Assembly (NCBI GenBank): GCA_013265495.1
Contig: MU059953.1
Coordinates: 4,798,501 to 4,862,500, forward strand
From: Vicugna vicugna
Lineage: Eukaryota
Length of the DNA stretch: 64,000 nucleotides
Direction: 5' to 3'
Shown here: positions 52,313 through 64,000 of the stretch, piece by piece
Layout of the letters: each line of letters starts with the position of its first letter
How positions within the stretch are numbered: the first letter of the stretch is position 1
The notes under the pieces: model-generated
Databases searched by the model: none
Seen by the model: only the letters and a program-made list of their open reading frames with translations
What the model was told of the DNA's origin: nothing
Program-made: the position numbers and the translations under genes

Positions 52313-54033
52313 CTGTGGGGGAGAAGCACTCGTGAGCCGGGCTCGGCGAGGGTTCCGGGCAAGGCCACTGGACATGCTCACGGGGGCCCAGGCTGCCCTG
52401 GCCCCCCGGGGAGCTGTGCTTCGGGGCCGGCTGACTGGCAGGAGTCCCGCAAGGAAGGACAGGACCATGGTCCCCAAACAGGGGCCCTGGAGCCAATTCC
52501 TACTCTCAGCTCGGCCATCGATGCGTCATGAGCTCTGCAGACCTGTGGTTCCCGGAGGCTCCACCTGAGCCGGCTCGGCTGGCACACGGCCAATTTTATT
52601 CCTCTTTTGAGAAGTCTCAAGATGATCTTCAACACCAGAAACATAAGCCCTGAACTCTTGTTAATATTCTAACAACGAAAGGCAAGAAAACACAGAAGCC
52701 AACGGCTGGGAGCCAGGGAAGGTCAAAGTTACCATCTGTGCCGACTTAGAGTCTCCCCACGTTAACGTTCACTTGGAACCAATCCTCTCATTTTTCAAAC
52801 GTGCAGGGAAGACCAGAGCTGGTGGCTTCCATGACTGATCAGAGTGATCCGAAAAAGCCACCCCAAGGTAACCTCCAGGGAGCTGTGGAGGTGTAAGCGG
52901 CCCACCACTCTCGGGGACCAGGCTCCGCCCCACGGGAGCCAGGACTGAGGAGTCCGTTCCACCCGGATCCCCCTCGCAAGGCGGCCGCTACTGCTGCTCG
53001 TGCAAATGGGTGATGGGAAGCCCTGGGATGCGCGACGCTCTGGAAGGGCTTGTTTCGCCCTCATGCTTTCCTGTTGGGCTATGGGTGTCTGACAACAGCA
53101 TCACCTGGTTAAAACCTCTCAAAGAAATCCCACCGGAGCCGTCTGCCCCTCCCTCCCGAGCGCCCACCACCCACATAACCGACGGCTCGAGACTCTGCCC
53201 GGTCTGGACTCGCCGGCTCGGGAAGAGGAAGCGCCATAGCAGGCGGGGGGAGGTTGTGCCGGCGAGTGGAGGGGAGGCCTGGGCCGCCTCCCTCAGCAGG
53301 CCACCCCCCAGAGCCATCGCGGGTCAAGAGGCCCAGCCCAGAAGCAGGCGAGCAGGCGCCCCCACAACCCGAGTGCTGCCCACGGCTGCCCGTGGGGCCC
53401 GCTGGACTCTGAGAGCCGGGGCCAGCTGGACACTGGCGGCGGGGGGGGGATGGCAGCACCCACCCCCAGCTCCCGACCCTGAGGGCCCTGCAGGCCAGGC
53501 TCTGAGATCCGGGCCCAGGGAGTCTGCTCCCGGCTCCCACTGCGAAGGAGCGCCCGCCTCCTTCTCGGCAGCTAGGTGGAGGCCAAGAGCAGCGCGTGGC
53601 CCAAGAGGAGGGGAACTCCCAGCCAAGCTGCCTCCTCCTTCCTCAGCCCACCTGTCCCACGCTTCCCAGGACGATTCTCTGGCTCTCCAGTGCTTCTGAC
53701 ACTGTTTGATGGGCAGTGGGGGCAGCTTAGAAACATGGGATTTACCAGATGGGGCAGGATCAGCGAAAAACCCCACCTTCAGAGAAACCTCCACTTAACC
53801 CCTGCCACGTCAGAGCGACAGCTCTCACCTCCAGGGCCGGGGTACCGGCTTTTTGAGACGGACGCTGGGAGCAGGACCCGCCGTACAGGGATGTGCCCCG
53901 AGCCCTCCCCCACCGGGGCACCAGCTGTGGCTCTTGGGACTCGCAGGGCTGGCGCTGTGGGCACAGGGCACTTGGGGTGGGCGTCCTGTGCAGGAGCGGG
54001 AGAGCCTCTCAGGGAGGAGGGCGGCGGGGTTCA

Positions 54034-54549
<516 letters not shown>

Positions 54550-57410
54550 TCACCTGCAAATCAAAACCCCACCTACACGTAAGCACCCAGGAACGAGCTG
54601 CTCATGTGAGCTCCTGGCCACCTCTGCATGGCCGCTGTGAAGGCGCGAGGGCACCGCCACCCCAGTGAGAGGACAGGCCACACTGTACGGGTGAGTGCCC
54701 GTCTCCCTCTGCATTCGCCTGACCCCAGGGCACAGGTGTTTGGCTCGGTTTGGTTTTGTTAACAGCTCTACTTGCGTGGACGGAGCCCTTTGTGAACCCG
54801 CAGCTTTAAGCCCTCGGTGGCGCCGCCCTCTGCACCTGGACCCAGACCACCCCCAGACCAGTCCAGTCACCCATCTGGGGTGGGACCCACTGTGGGAAAC
54901 TCCAGCACTCAGGTGAGGCTGCCGCCGGCGCCCACTGTGTGGACCCGGCACAGGCACCTCCTGGTCCAGTGGCCGGCGGCGCTGGAGCCCAGGGCAGGGC
55001 GAGGCCGCCCCCACGCCGGAGATGCCTGTGTCCTGAGGTTTTACTTGACTGCGTTCAACCTCCTACTACTGTGGATTCGCAGATTAGTCAGTTTTTACCT
55101 CTTGTTTTCATTTTTAATCAGCTACCCTGCTGTTTTTAATCTTCCTGGAACAGGAACTTTACTGCTCTCTAGAGCAACAAGCAACACAATCGAGTCTCCC
55201 CTGGAATCGGAAGTAAGCTGGCTGGGGCTATGCAAATTGGGCCACGCGTGTGTCTCGTGGCTGCCGGCTCCGCCCCTTGGGGAGCAGCGCTGAGGGGTCC
55301 GCGCCACCAGGTGACTCTGAAGGAGGCAAAGGCCTGCTGCTCTGTGGGCCCTGGAAGGGGGAGTGAGAAGCTGGCCGCCTACACTGCCCCAAGAAATCAA
55401 AACCTGTTAGGAAGGCGGCAGCCCCTTCCAGAGGCTCAGCCTGTCTCCAAGGCCCGGGTTCAGCGAGAGATGCCCTGTCTGCTCTGAAGTGTTTGTGTGT
55501 CAAGCAAGGCTCCCTGGAAGGGCTTCCACCACGAGAGAGGAAAAGGAGCGACCGTGAACCAGCCTCTCCACCAGCCAGGGCTCTGCTTCTACTTTTATAG
55601 ACACTTTTTAGACCACTGAGATAACCGGAGATTCACATTTCATTTATTTCTATTTCTATGCTGAGTTTCTTACTTTGCTATTATTTAAGAAGAAAAAAAA
55701 AGCTATAATCTCACCAGACTGATAATCAAGACAACAGCAGCTCTTCCCCCACCACCCAGACCTCAGCCGAGTCCACACAGGGCTTCCTCAACCACTGGTC
55801 CGTTCGCGGGCTGAGGGGAGAGGGCGCCCCTGGGAGCCAGGGCGGCGCAGGGTCCGGCCCCTGTGGAAGGGCCCTGTCAGGGGCTGCCTGGAAGCGGTGA
55901 AGCAGGGCCATGTGGCATCAGGAGATGGTGTGTGGGTGGGGCGGTGGCAACAGGGTCACCAGGGGCCAGCCTCAGACCAGCCGTGCACTGGGACTGCCCT
56001 GCAGGCCATTTCACGTCCAAAGTTCCTGGCTGAGTGACGATACCACCAGGTCATCAGCAGGGCAGTCAGACTCTGCCCCTTGTCTGTCCTCCCACGTCCC
56101 CTGCCCAAGGACCCCAGACTCCTAGTGTGACTCACGCTCTCCCCATCCACTCCTGGCCCCCATCCACCCCAGGGCCCACCCTGGCCTCCCTCAGCCGCTG
56201 TGTGAGGGACAAGCTGGCTGCCCCCACCCTGACCCTCTGGTGCCACACAGCAGCCATTTCACTGTCTGAAATTACTCTGTTCAGTTACCTATTTCTTGCC
56301 CTCCCTGCCACCCCCTAACACTTGGGCAGGAAACTCCAAAAGACCGAAGGGTCTGTCCTGCCCTCTGGTCCTAGTGAATTCAGAGGTGCCTGTCCTGCAA
56401 AAGAGGACCCAGTGAGGGACTCACCGCTCCCTGCGCCAGCTGCAGCTGCTGGCCCTCCCTTCGTGCGGGGCCCAGTGCAACATGGAAACACGGGGCTGCG
56501 GCCGAGACAGCGCATTTAACTGATGGGCGGGTGCTCGACCTTCCGGCGCAGGGCTGGGGTGGGCCCTTCCCCAGCCGGTTCTGGGGCTTTCTCCTGCGTG
56601 GTGGCAGTGATGGAGAGGGCGGCAGCCTCTAGTCTGGGGACAGCTCACGCTGGAGTGAGTCGCAGACTCCACCGCAGAAGCACAGTGGCCCACTGTCCGG
56701 CTGTTCATTCATAAGCCCGTTTCCTGAAATCTGTGAAACGTCATCGCCCAGACGGCTCCCGAGGATGCAGGCGGGTTGCCACCTGCCTGCGATAAGGTCA
56801 CGGTCACACTGCCATGTGCAGGGCCGTGCAGCCACACGTCCCGCCAGTCGCCCCTGACTGCACTGGAGGTCCCGCCGGGGCTGAGCCCAGTGACCAGAGC
56901 TACTGCTTGTGCCTCCTGAGGGGGTGGGGCTGCTAGAAGCAGAGCACAGAAGGGTTGGGAGGCGCGGCTCACAGCACGTGGATGCCGAGGGTCTCCACAG
57001 ATGGGGTGCCTGCTCCCGGGGCCCCGGGGCGCTTCCCCTAAAGGCCATCAGACGGGGGCAGATAAGACCATTCACTCTCTCCCCCAACCTAAAAATTCTG
57101 CCCCATCCCCAGCACCTGCCCCTCCTCGGGCAGGAGCACGTCCATGAGTCGCAGGTTGGCTCTTCACTGTCCCTCACCTCCCCTGCACTGATTTTCCTGA
57201 CGTTTTAGTTCTCTCCACGGCTGTCACAGCATAACACCTCGTGCAGTTGTAAGCCCGAACTGTTTAACAGTCAAGGGGACACAGGGACACACACACAGAG
57301 GTCAGCCTGTCTGGAAGCAACACTGCTTTGTCCTGGCACCACGTCCAGCAGCCGGCGGGGAAAGCAGACATCCAGACACCCAGGATGCTCAGGACGTGGT
57401 GGTGGCAGCA

Positions 57411-57505
57411 GGATGGGATGGGACGGTACAGGACAGGATGGGACAGGACGGGATGGGACAAGATGGGATGGGATGGGACAGGACAGGACAAGACAGGACG
57501 GGATC
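57411..57505. repeat. Pentanucleotide repeat, 19 units of GGA(T/C)(G/A)
   Basis: ggatg ggatg ggacg gtaca ggaca ggatg ggaca ggacg ... ggacg ggatc, in perfect 5-bp register. Confidence 0.93.
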
Positions 57506-57639
57506 AGGTGCAGAAAGCACCCCCGGGCCTGTGCTCGCAGCTGCTCTTCCTGGAACCCTGCAAGGGCAGCAAAGGAAACTTCAAATAAAAATGGAGGTGC
57601 TGAAAGAAGGCACCTGAAGAGAAAGGGGAGAAAATGAAA

Positions 57640-59555
57640 CGACGGGAGGCCCGACATCAAGTCAATGCAAAGCCCAGGAGTGGACAGAACAGAGTGGGGA
57701 AGATCGCTGACAGGTGATTCAAGGCGTGAAGCTCCATCAGGAGACCTGGTGTCCCGGAGGGGGCGCCGTGGGCTCGCCGTGGCCCCAGACGGCCAAGGCC
57801 CACAGCCCTTCACTGGGGGATCCGGGAAACTTTCAGAGCCAGGGAGGGGCGGGGGGCACCAAGGGCCAGCCTTGCGAGTGGCGTCAGATTCTGCAGCAGC
57901 TACTCAGGGCAGGAGAAGACCTGAAAGTCGTGAAGAGAAGTGACTTCTAGACCCAACCCTGTTCTCTGCCAAGTGGGAGCCGGAATAAACACATTTACCA
58001 GAGACTCAAAAAACTCATATTCTGTGTGCGATTTCTCAGGAAGCTCGGGGAGCTGCACAACCAAGGACGAAGGAACACGTGGAGTCTGGGGACGAGGCAG
58101 GGCCCCCCCGCCAGGAGACCGCCAAGGGGAGGGGCCCAGGGGCCCGGCTGGGGCCGTGGGGACAGGAGCGAGTCTTCCCGGCCTGAGCAGAGCCTCTGGC
58201 CCGCCTGCCCTGGAGCTGAAGCAAAAGCAGGCACAGAGACACACGGGGAACAGAGCCAGTGGTTTACAGTGACTCTAAATGGAATAGAACCTTTAAAAAT
58301 TGTACACCTGAATCTTATATAATATCATATATCAACTATACATCAATTAAAAAAAATCCAGGCTCCCAGAAAACTAAGCAAATGAAAAAAGCGATCAACT
58401 TCAGGATAAAGGAAAGTTACACAGGAAAGGAAGGGCAGCCCCGGTCACCATGGGTTCAAGCTGCACTTTCTGTGCCTTGTGGTCACGACACACCACGACA
58501 CAGGGCCGGGCAGGGCGGGGCAGGGCCGCTGTTCCTGGCATGAGCCTTGTGAGGTTGTTTGATTTATGCACATTTGTTTACTCTGATAACGACAAAAGAG
58601 AACCCTAGAAAGACAAATGACAGGCTGGAGTATGATCTTCGCAGGACACACGACACAGGATAGTACATAACATATAAAGAGTGTCCACAAAGCAACGAGA
58701 AAACAGTGCCTGGGAAAAAGGACGGGGGAGCAGCCACCAAACACCACACAGGGAGGGACCCTCCCTGTGTGACCGGCGTGGTCCAGACGCTGGGCACGGG
58801 AGCGTGCTGGACCAGAAAGACAGCCCGGCTCAGGGGCACGGGCCACCCGGCACCCACAGGAGTGAGACGCAGCGGTTTGGCAGCATGGCACGAAGCTCAC
58901 TTTTGAGGAGGGAAGATGAAAGATAAAGTCACCCAAACTTTCCTAACAGTGGCAGAACTGCTCGTGGAAACGTCAGAGATCCCGACTTCTGCGTCAGGCT
59001 GGCTACAGTGAGCCTGAAGCACCCCGTCACCCAGGGGATGAGGGCCTCTCGTGAGCCGCTGGTGGGATGCGGTGTGCTCGTTCTTGTAGGGTGCGCAGCC
59101 TCTTTTGAGCTGGCAGTCCCATTTTTAGGATGCTATCCTCCAGAAACAGTGAACAGAGGTACCCATGTTTGCTGGCAAAATAAAAACCAGGAAACAGTTA
59201 CAACTTCTACGATACTTGCACACTGGAGTCATACGGAAAAAGGCGCTGATCGTCACACACTGAAACGGCTGGTGTCCGTGGTATAACATCGGATAGAGAA
59301 TAAAGTAACAGGCCGAAAGGCAAAGCCAGTGTTTTGGTGGAGAAAAAGACCACACACATATCTCACACACACAGACACACACCTCCACGCACAGGCACAG
59401 GCACAGGCACAGACGGTACCTGGACAGACAGATGCCAAACCGATCACAGGAGAGCCTCCCGGAAGTCGGACTCAGGACGTGTGCCTTTCGCAGATGTTTT
59501 AATTTGTTGTAAGTATGCATTGCTTTCGTGAATTTTTTTAGATTAAAAAAGCACT
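57640..59555 (+). mobile_element. Fragmented ancient L1 (L1M/L1ME-like): ORF1 relic (~57640-58100), ORF2 relic (~58585-58720), 3' end (~59040-59555)
   Basis: The peptide HQGPALRVASDSAAATQGRR (ORF 57665..57943) resembles the L1 ORF1p motif of type YKG-IRMASDFS-ATLEAR. The DNA blocks ggaataaacacattt...gactcaaaaaact...tttctcaggaagct, gacaaaagagaaccc...ggagtatgatcttcgca...atataaagag and atgcattgctttcgtgaatt...aaaaaa appear in L1 order. Recalled consensus only. Confidence 0.6.
58240..58356 (+). mobile_element. Younger L1 3' terminus (L1MA9/10-like) nested inside the older L1
   Basis: ggggaacagagccagtggtttacagtgactctaaatggaatagaacctttaaaaattgtacacctgaatcttatataatatcatatatcaactatacatcaattaaaaaaaa. 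Confidence 0.75.
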
Positions 59556-61392
59556 TTACGTGAAGCTTAACGCTGGAACCGTCTACACCCTCTTCCTGCT
59601 AAATCAATCGACTCAGTGTCTTGTCTGAGATGGCCGTCCAGCTCAGATACGAATGAGCGTATCTGGGAAAGGCCAGGTCCACATCACACCGGGGATGTCC
59701 CACACGAGAAGCAGTTTGGGTCTGACAGACATCAAGGTTTGAAGGGAGCCCTTCTCGACGAGGGTCTCCAGGCGATGCTGGCTGAGTCTGCCTGGGCCAG
59801 GCAGGGCCAGAGCGAACGCCTGCCCGTGGACAGGACCCCGTCCGACCGTGAGTGGGGTGTGGGCACGTGCGGGGAGCTGCTCGGGGCCAGACGATGTTCT
59901 GACTTCTCACGGGGCCTCAGTGGGAAGGGACAGACGTGCTTTCCCGCAAGGAAGCCCCAGCGAGAGGCGGACGGCCCTGCTGGGCAGCCCGGCGCTCAGC
60001 CCCGCACGTCCATCTCCCACGTCCACTGCCCCGGGCGCCACCTGGCCACCCCCAGGGCTGGGGGATATGCCGCACACTCAGTGCACCCACTTCATGGTGA
60101 GGAGCTGAGGCCAGGGAGAGGCTGTCATGGGGCACGGAGCTGCAGACCTGGGGGAGCCCCACCCGAGCGGCCGGACCGTGACCCACTGGCCACAAGGCGA
60201 GCAACCCCTGGCTCCACTCCCCGGGGCAGGCGCGGTCTCCGTCTCCTCGCCCCGGGTCTCCCTCCCAGCACAGCGCCCCGCTTGCTGACTTGGGTTTGGG
60301 GGTCACAGCCTGAGTCTGCAGGATCAGGGCGTGCAGGGCAGTGCAGGGGAGCCGCCCCCATCACAACAGAACCTATTTCTGTGGAGCCTGCGGTGTGTCT
60401 CTGGGTAAAACCCACAGCCCTTCTCAGCAAACATGAGTGACAGCCACACACTGACACCGGAGAGACGAAGACAGACGACAGGCTTTCACCTTCCCCAGTA
60501 AAGGGTCCAGGTCCAGGGCCCAAATGCAGCCCCGCCTGCACGCTGGGGTCCAGCCCGAGGGACGCAGCCGCCCCCCATGCACCTGGGATGTCGGTCAGCC
60601 CTACTGAGGCTGAACTGTAATCTCCCCGTTCACTTCCAGCCCTCGAGTCCAGGTTTGCGACACCAAGCCCTCCCTGGAGCACAGCTCTGCCAACTGAGAG
60701 GCCACACGGCTGCTGTCTTTGGGACGGGGCAGCAGGGGCGTCCCCAGCCCCATCTCAACACCCATCGCTTGGGTGAAGCTGCTTTAAAGCATTTCTGTCT
60801 GGAATGGACCAAACCCCTTCAGATCAAACAAACTTTGTGCTTATGAGAAGCAGCTGTGTAGCAGACCCACTCCCACCTAGCGGGGCCGGGACCCCCACAG
60901 CACCCTCAGCCGCGGGCTCCAGCTGCCGCCCCCAGACCAGCGTGCCCTTCATCCACCAGCAGCCAGGCCCTCACCGCTCGGTCACTCCTTCTCTGGCCCC
61001 TGCCCTTCTGGCCACCCCAGTGCACTGCCCCCCCAATCTGATCTGTCTTCAAAGTCACCACCCACTTACACCGTCACCACTAGAGAAAGTCCAAGAGACC
61101 CCAGGCGGGCAGCCTGCTTGTGTCTAAACACCTTCTCCTTCTGGTTTGTGGCAGAACCCCTCCAGGCCACCCTGAGACGTCTCTGCAGGAGGGCAGAGTG
61201 TTCCTTCCTTGTACAAATGTCCCTCCCAATCTGGAACCCCTGGCTGCTCCCGCTGAGGGCCAAACCCTGACTGGCTCTCTCGCTGAAGGCACTTGAGGCC
61301 CGTCACGCAGGGCTGCCGTGTCCCCTGCTCACCAAGGGCCCCCGCGGACTGCGACCGAGCAGAGCACACCGCCAAAAGGGACGCTAGCGTCA

Positions 61393-61812
<420 letters not shown>

Positions 61813-64000
61813 TCAGCCCAGCTAGGTGGCCGGCCTCCGAGGCAAACTGGCCTTCTCTCTGGGGCAAGACTGAAATGAAATAAAACCAACCGTGAACCAG
61901 CGGACACGTGCTGGCCGCAGCCTCTGCTGACCGCGGGCCTGCGGTCCTGGCGCCGGGGCTCTGCCCTGCCCCTTCCCCTCGGGCAGCTCCTGACCTGGTC
62001 GGTTCTGAGGCTACACGGGGGTCACCACCGGCCACAGAGGGGCCTGCCCCTGGGGCGCGGAGGGCAGAGGGAGATGGGGGCTCCAGGTGTAGGGAACACA
62101 GGAGCGTCAGAGGCAGCTGAGACCTGGTGGGGGCGCTGCGGGGACAAGTGCTGGTGGTGTCAGGGTCCTCAAGGGCAGAAGCCACGTGGAGACGTCCCTT
62201 CAGCATAAAGTATACAGTCTGCATCCGTGCCTTCACAGGACAGTCACCCCAGCCATCTCCCCTTCCTCGGGAATGAGGGGTTGACAGCAACCACACTGCC
62301 CTGGGAGCTGAGCCAGGACATTTACTGCCTTTATGAACAGTGGGCACAGCTCAAAAATCCTTACGATGAGTAGACTGGGCAGCGGTCAGGAGGGGCCAGG
62401 AGGGGGTGGGGAGGCCGCCCGCTGAGCCTTGCCGGAGGCACTGGAGGTGTAACGAAATCTGTGAGTCTTTAAACTGTGTAATCTGCTTAATGGCTTGAAA
62501 CCAATTTGCCAACTTGCTTATTTGGAATTTGTTAGACTATTTATTTGAATACACAGTACTCCACATCCGTGCACCTGGTGTTATTTGAATTAAGAGTGTG
62601 AGCTCTTAAATGCTTACAGGTGGATATTGAAATATTGGAGAGCAAACTGGTGCAGAGAACGTGATGCTCAGAGAGCAGTGCAACGACTGCAGCCCGTGTG
62701 CCCCATGAGAAGTGCTCAGGGAGCCCAGAGAACAGCCCAGCGGGGTGGTGTCCCCGCCGCCGCCACCCAGGGCACACCGCCTCCATCAGGACATGCTCAG
62801 GGATGCCAGGGCGGGGGCTCAGGGTGGGACAGGCCACCCTGCTGCTGGCTGCACCCTCGCCAGCGGGTTCTACCAGGCCTCAGGGAGCCACTCCCGCACA
62901 ATCTCACTGAAGGTCTGAGGCAACTCTCTATAATTCATCACATCTTCAGGTCCTGTCCTCCGGGCAGCACGGCCTTGGCCAGTTTCGCGCCAAGCTATAA
63001 CCTGAGAAAAACTTTACTTTCTCTTTCGTAAGAAACACAGAAAAAGGCTCTGTGTGTTATGCGATTTGAAAACACAGTGATTACTAATGAAATGTTATTG
63101 TAGACACTAATCACCATTGTCGTTCCACATTAGTGGTGGAGTCTGTTTGTGATTAAGCCAGAAGCTGGAAAAGCTAGTTGTCTGAGATCTAACAGGCTTT
63201 CTCTTCTGTTCTGGTCCCTTGCGCACCGAGGCCGTCAGTGTTCAGGTCCTTACTTTCTCGTCCAGACTCAAAATGAGTGAGATGAGGAGGCAGCTGGCGG
63301 GGCTCCGCGTGGTGTGCTGCCCGAGAGCCCTGGGCAGGCCTGTTCCACACGGTCTAGGGGAGAATTCCAGGCATCAGGAGCAGGCGGCCGGACCAACCCA
63401 GCTGGTACCATCACAGGTGACTGACGCCAGGCTTCACAAGAGTGACTCAGGTCACGCACAGCAGCCTAACTCCCCCGAGCCGGGCAAAGCCAGGGAAGAC
63501 AACTCATCACGACGTGACGGTGATGCTCAGGCCTCCTTGAGAGGCCAAGAGAAGGGCTTCTCGGGGACAACACACATCGTCTGCCCTCCGGTGGGGCAGC
63601 CACGCGTCACACAGCCCGGGGCTGACACCTGCCCCAGCGAGCAAGGGTCTGGGCGTGTGAGCCCAAGTCAACCCTGTGCCTGGCTGCATGTGCCCTCACA
63701 CTCACCCCCCCACGCCCCCCCCCCTCCTGCGCCCCCCCCAGACTCACCCCATCCCACCCGCACGCACAGTCACCCACTCCCACGTGCGTGCGCGTGCACA
63801 CCCACACACACACCCCCTCTGCAGGGCCGTCTTCTGCCCACCTCCGCCCTGACCATCACCGACCTTCCACGCTTCCGACCCCTCGTCCAGCCCGGGGAGG
63901 GCGGCTCTGTCGTACATCTGCCGCCATCCTGGTTAACTGAAAGGGCGTCTTTTCTTAACGACAACCCTTTCTGACGAAGATTGCAGCGCAAACATGCCTT

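Noticed and set aside
57411-57505. CRISPR-like array or prokaryotic mobile system at the periodic repeats
   Set aside because: Simple tandem repeats without spacers in a vertebrate intron; no cas or prokaryotic features anywhere in the window.

Overview
This is a GC-rich mammalian genomic window lying entirely inside one gene, HDAC4 (class IIa histone deacetylase 4), on the minus strand. Eighteen consecutive coding exons were mapped by hand, equivalent to human exons 7-24 (numbering from memory). All have AG/GT boundaries and matching phases, and together give 2377 nt (1 nt + 792 codons) in one uninterrupted frame from GKTQHSSLD to ALLGNE. The 5' exons and the last three exons lie outside the window. 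A Vic-1-like SINE tail and cetartiodactyl-type L1 3' ends point to a camelid genome; this rests on recalled consensus sequences, not a search. The introns hold L1, SINE, MaLR-LTR and L2 relics, several simple repeats and three N gaps. One 639-bp-period tandem duplication also copies an N gap and is very likely an assembly artefact. I found no clearly new biological system. The best leads are all unconfirmed predictions: (i) an 87-nt in-frame, stop-free intron next to the S350-equivalent motif; (ii) a candidate 31-nt poison microexon and a candidate intronic polyA site, either of which could give a deacetylase-less, MITR-like HDAC4; (iii) a 15-nt tandem acceptor at exon 12; and (iv) a strong AT-versus-GC asymmetry between two copies of the same L1 family, suggestive of GC-biased gene conversion. 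Repeat-family names and human-residue comparisons come from memory and need RepeatMasker/BLAST confirmation.
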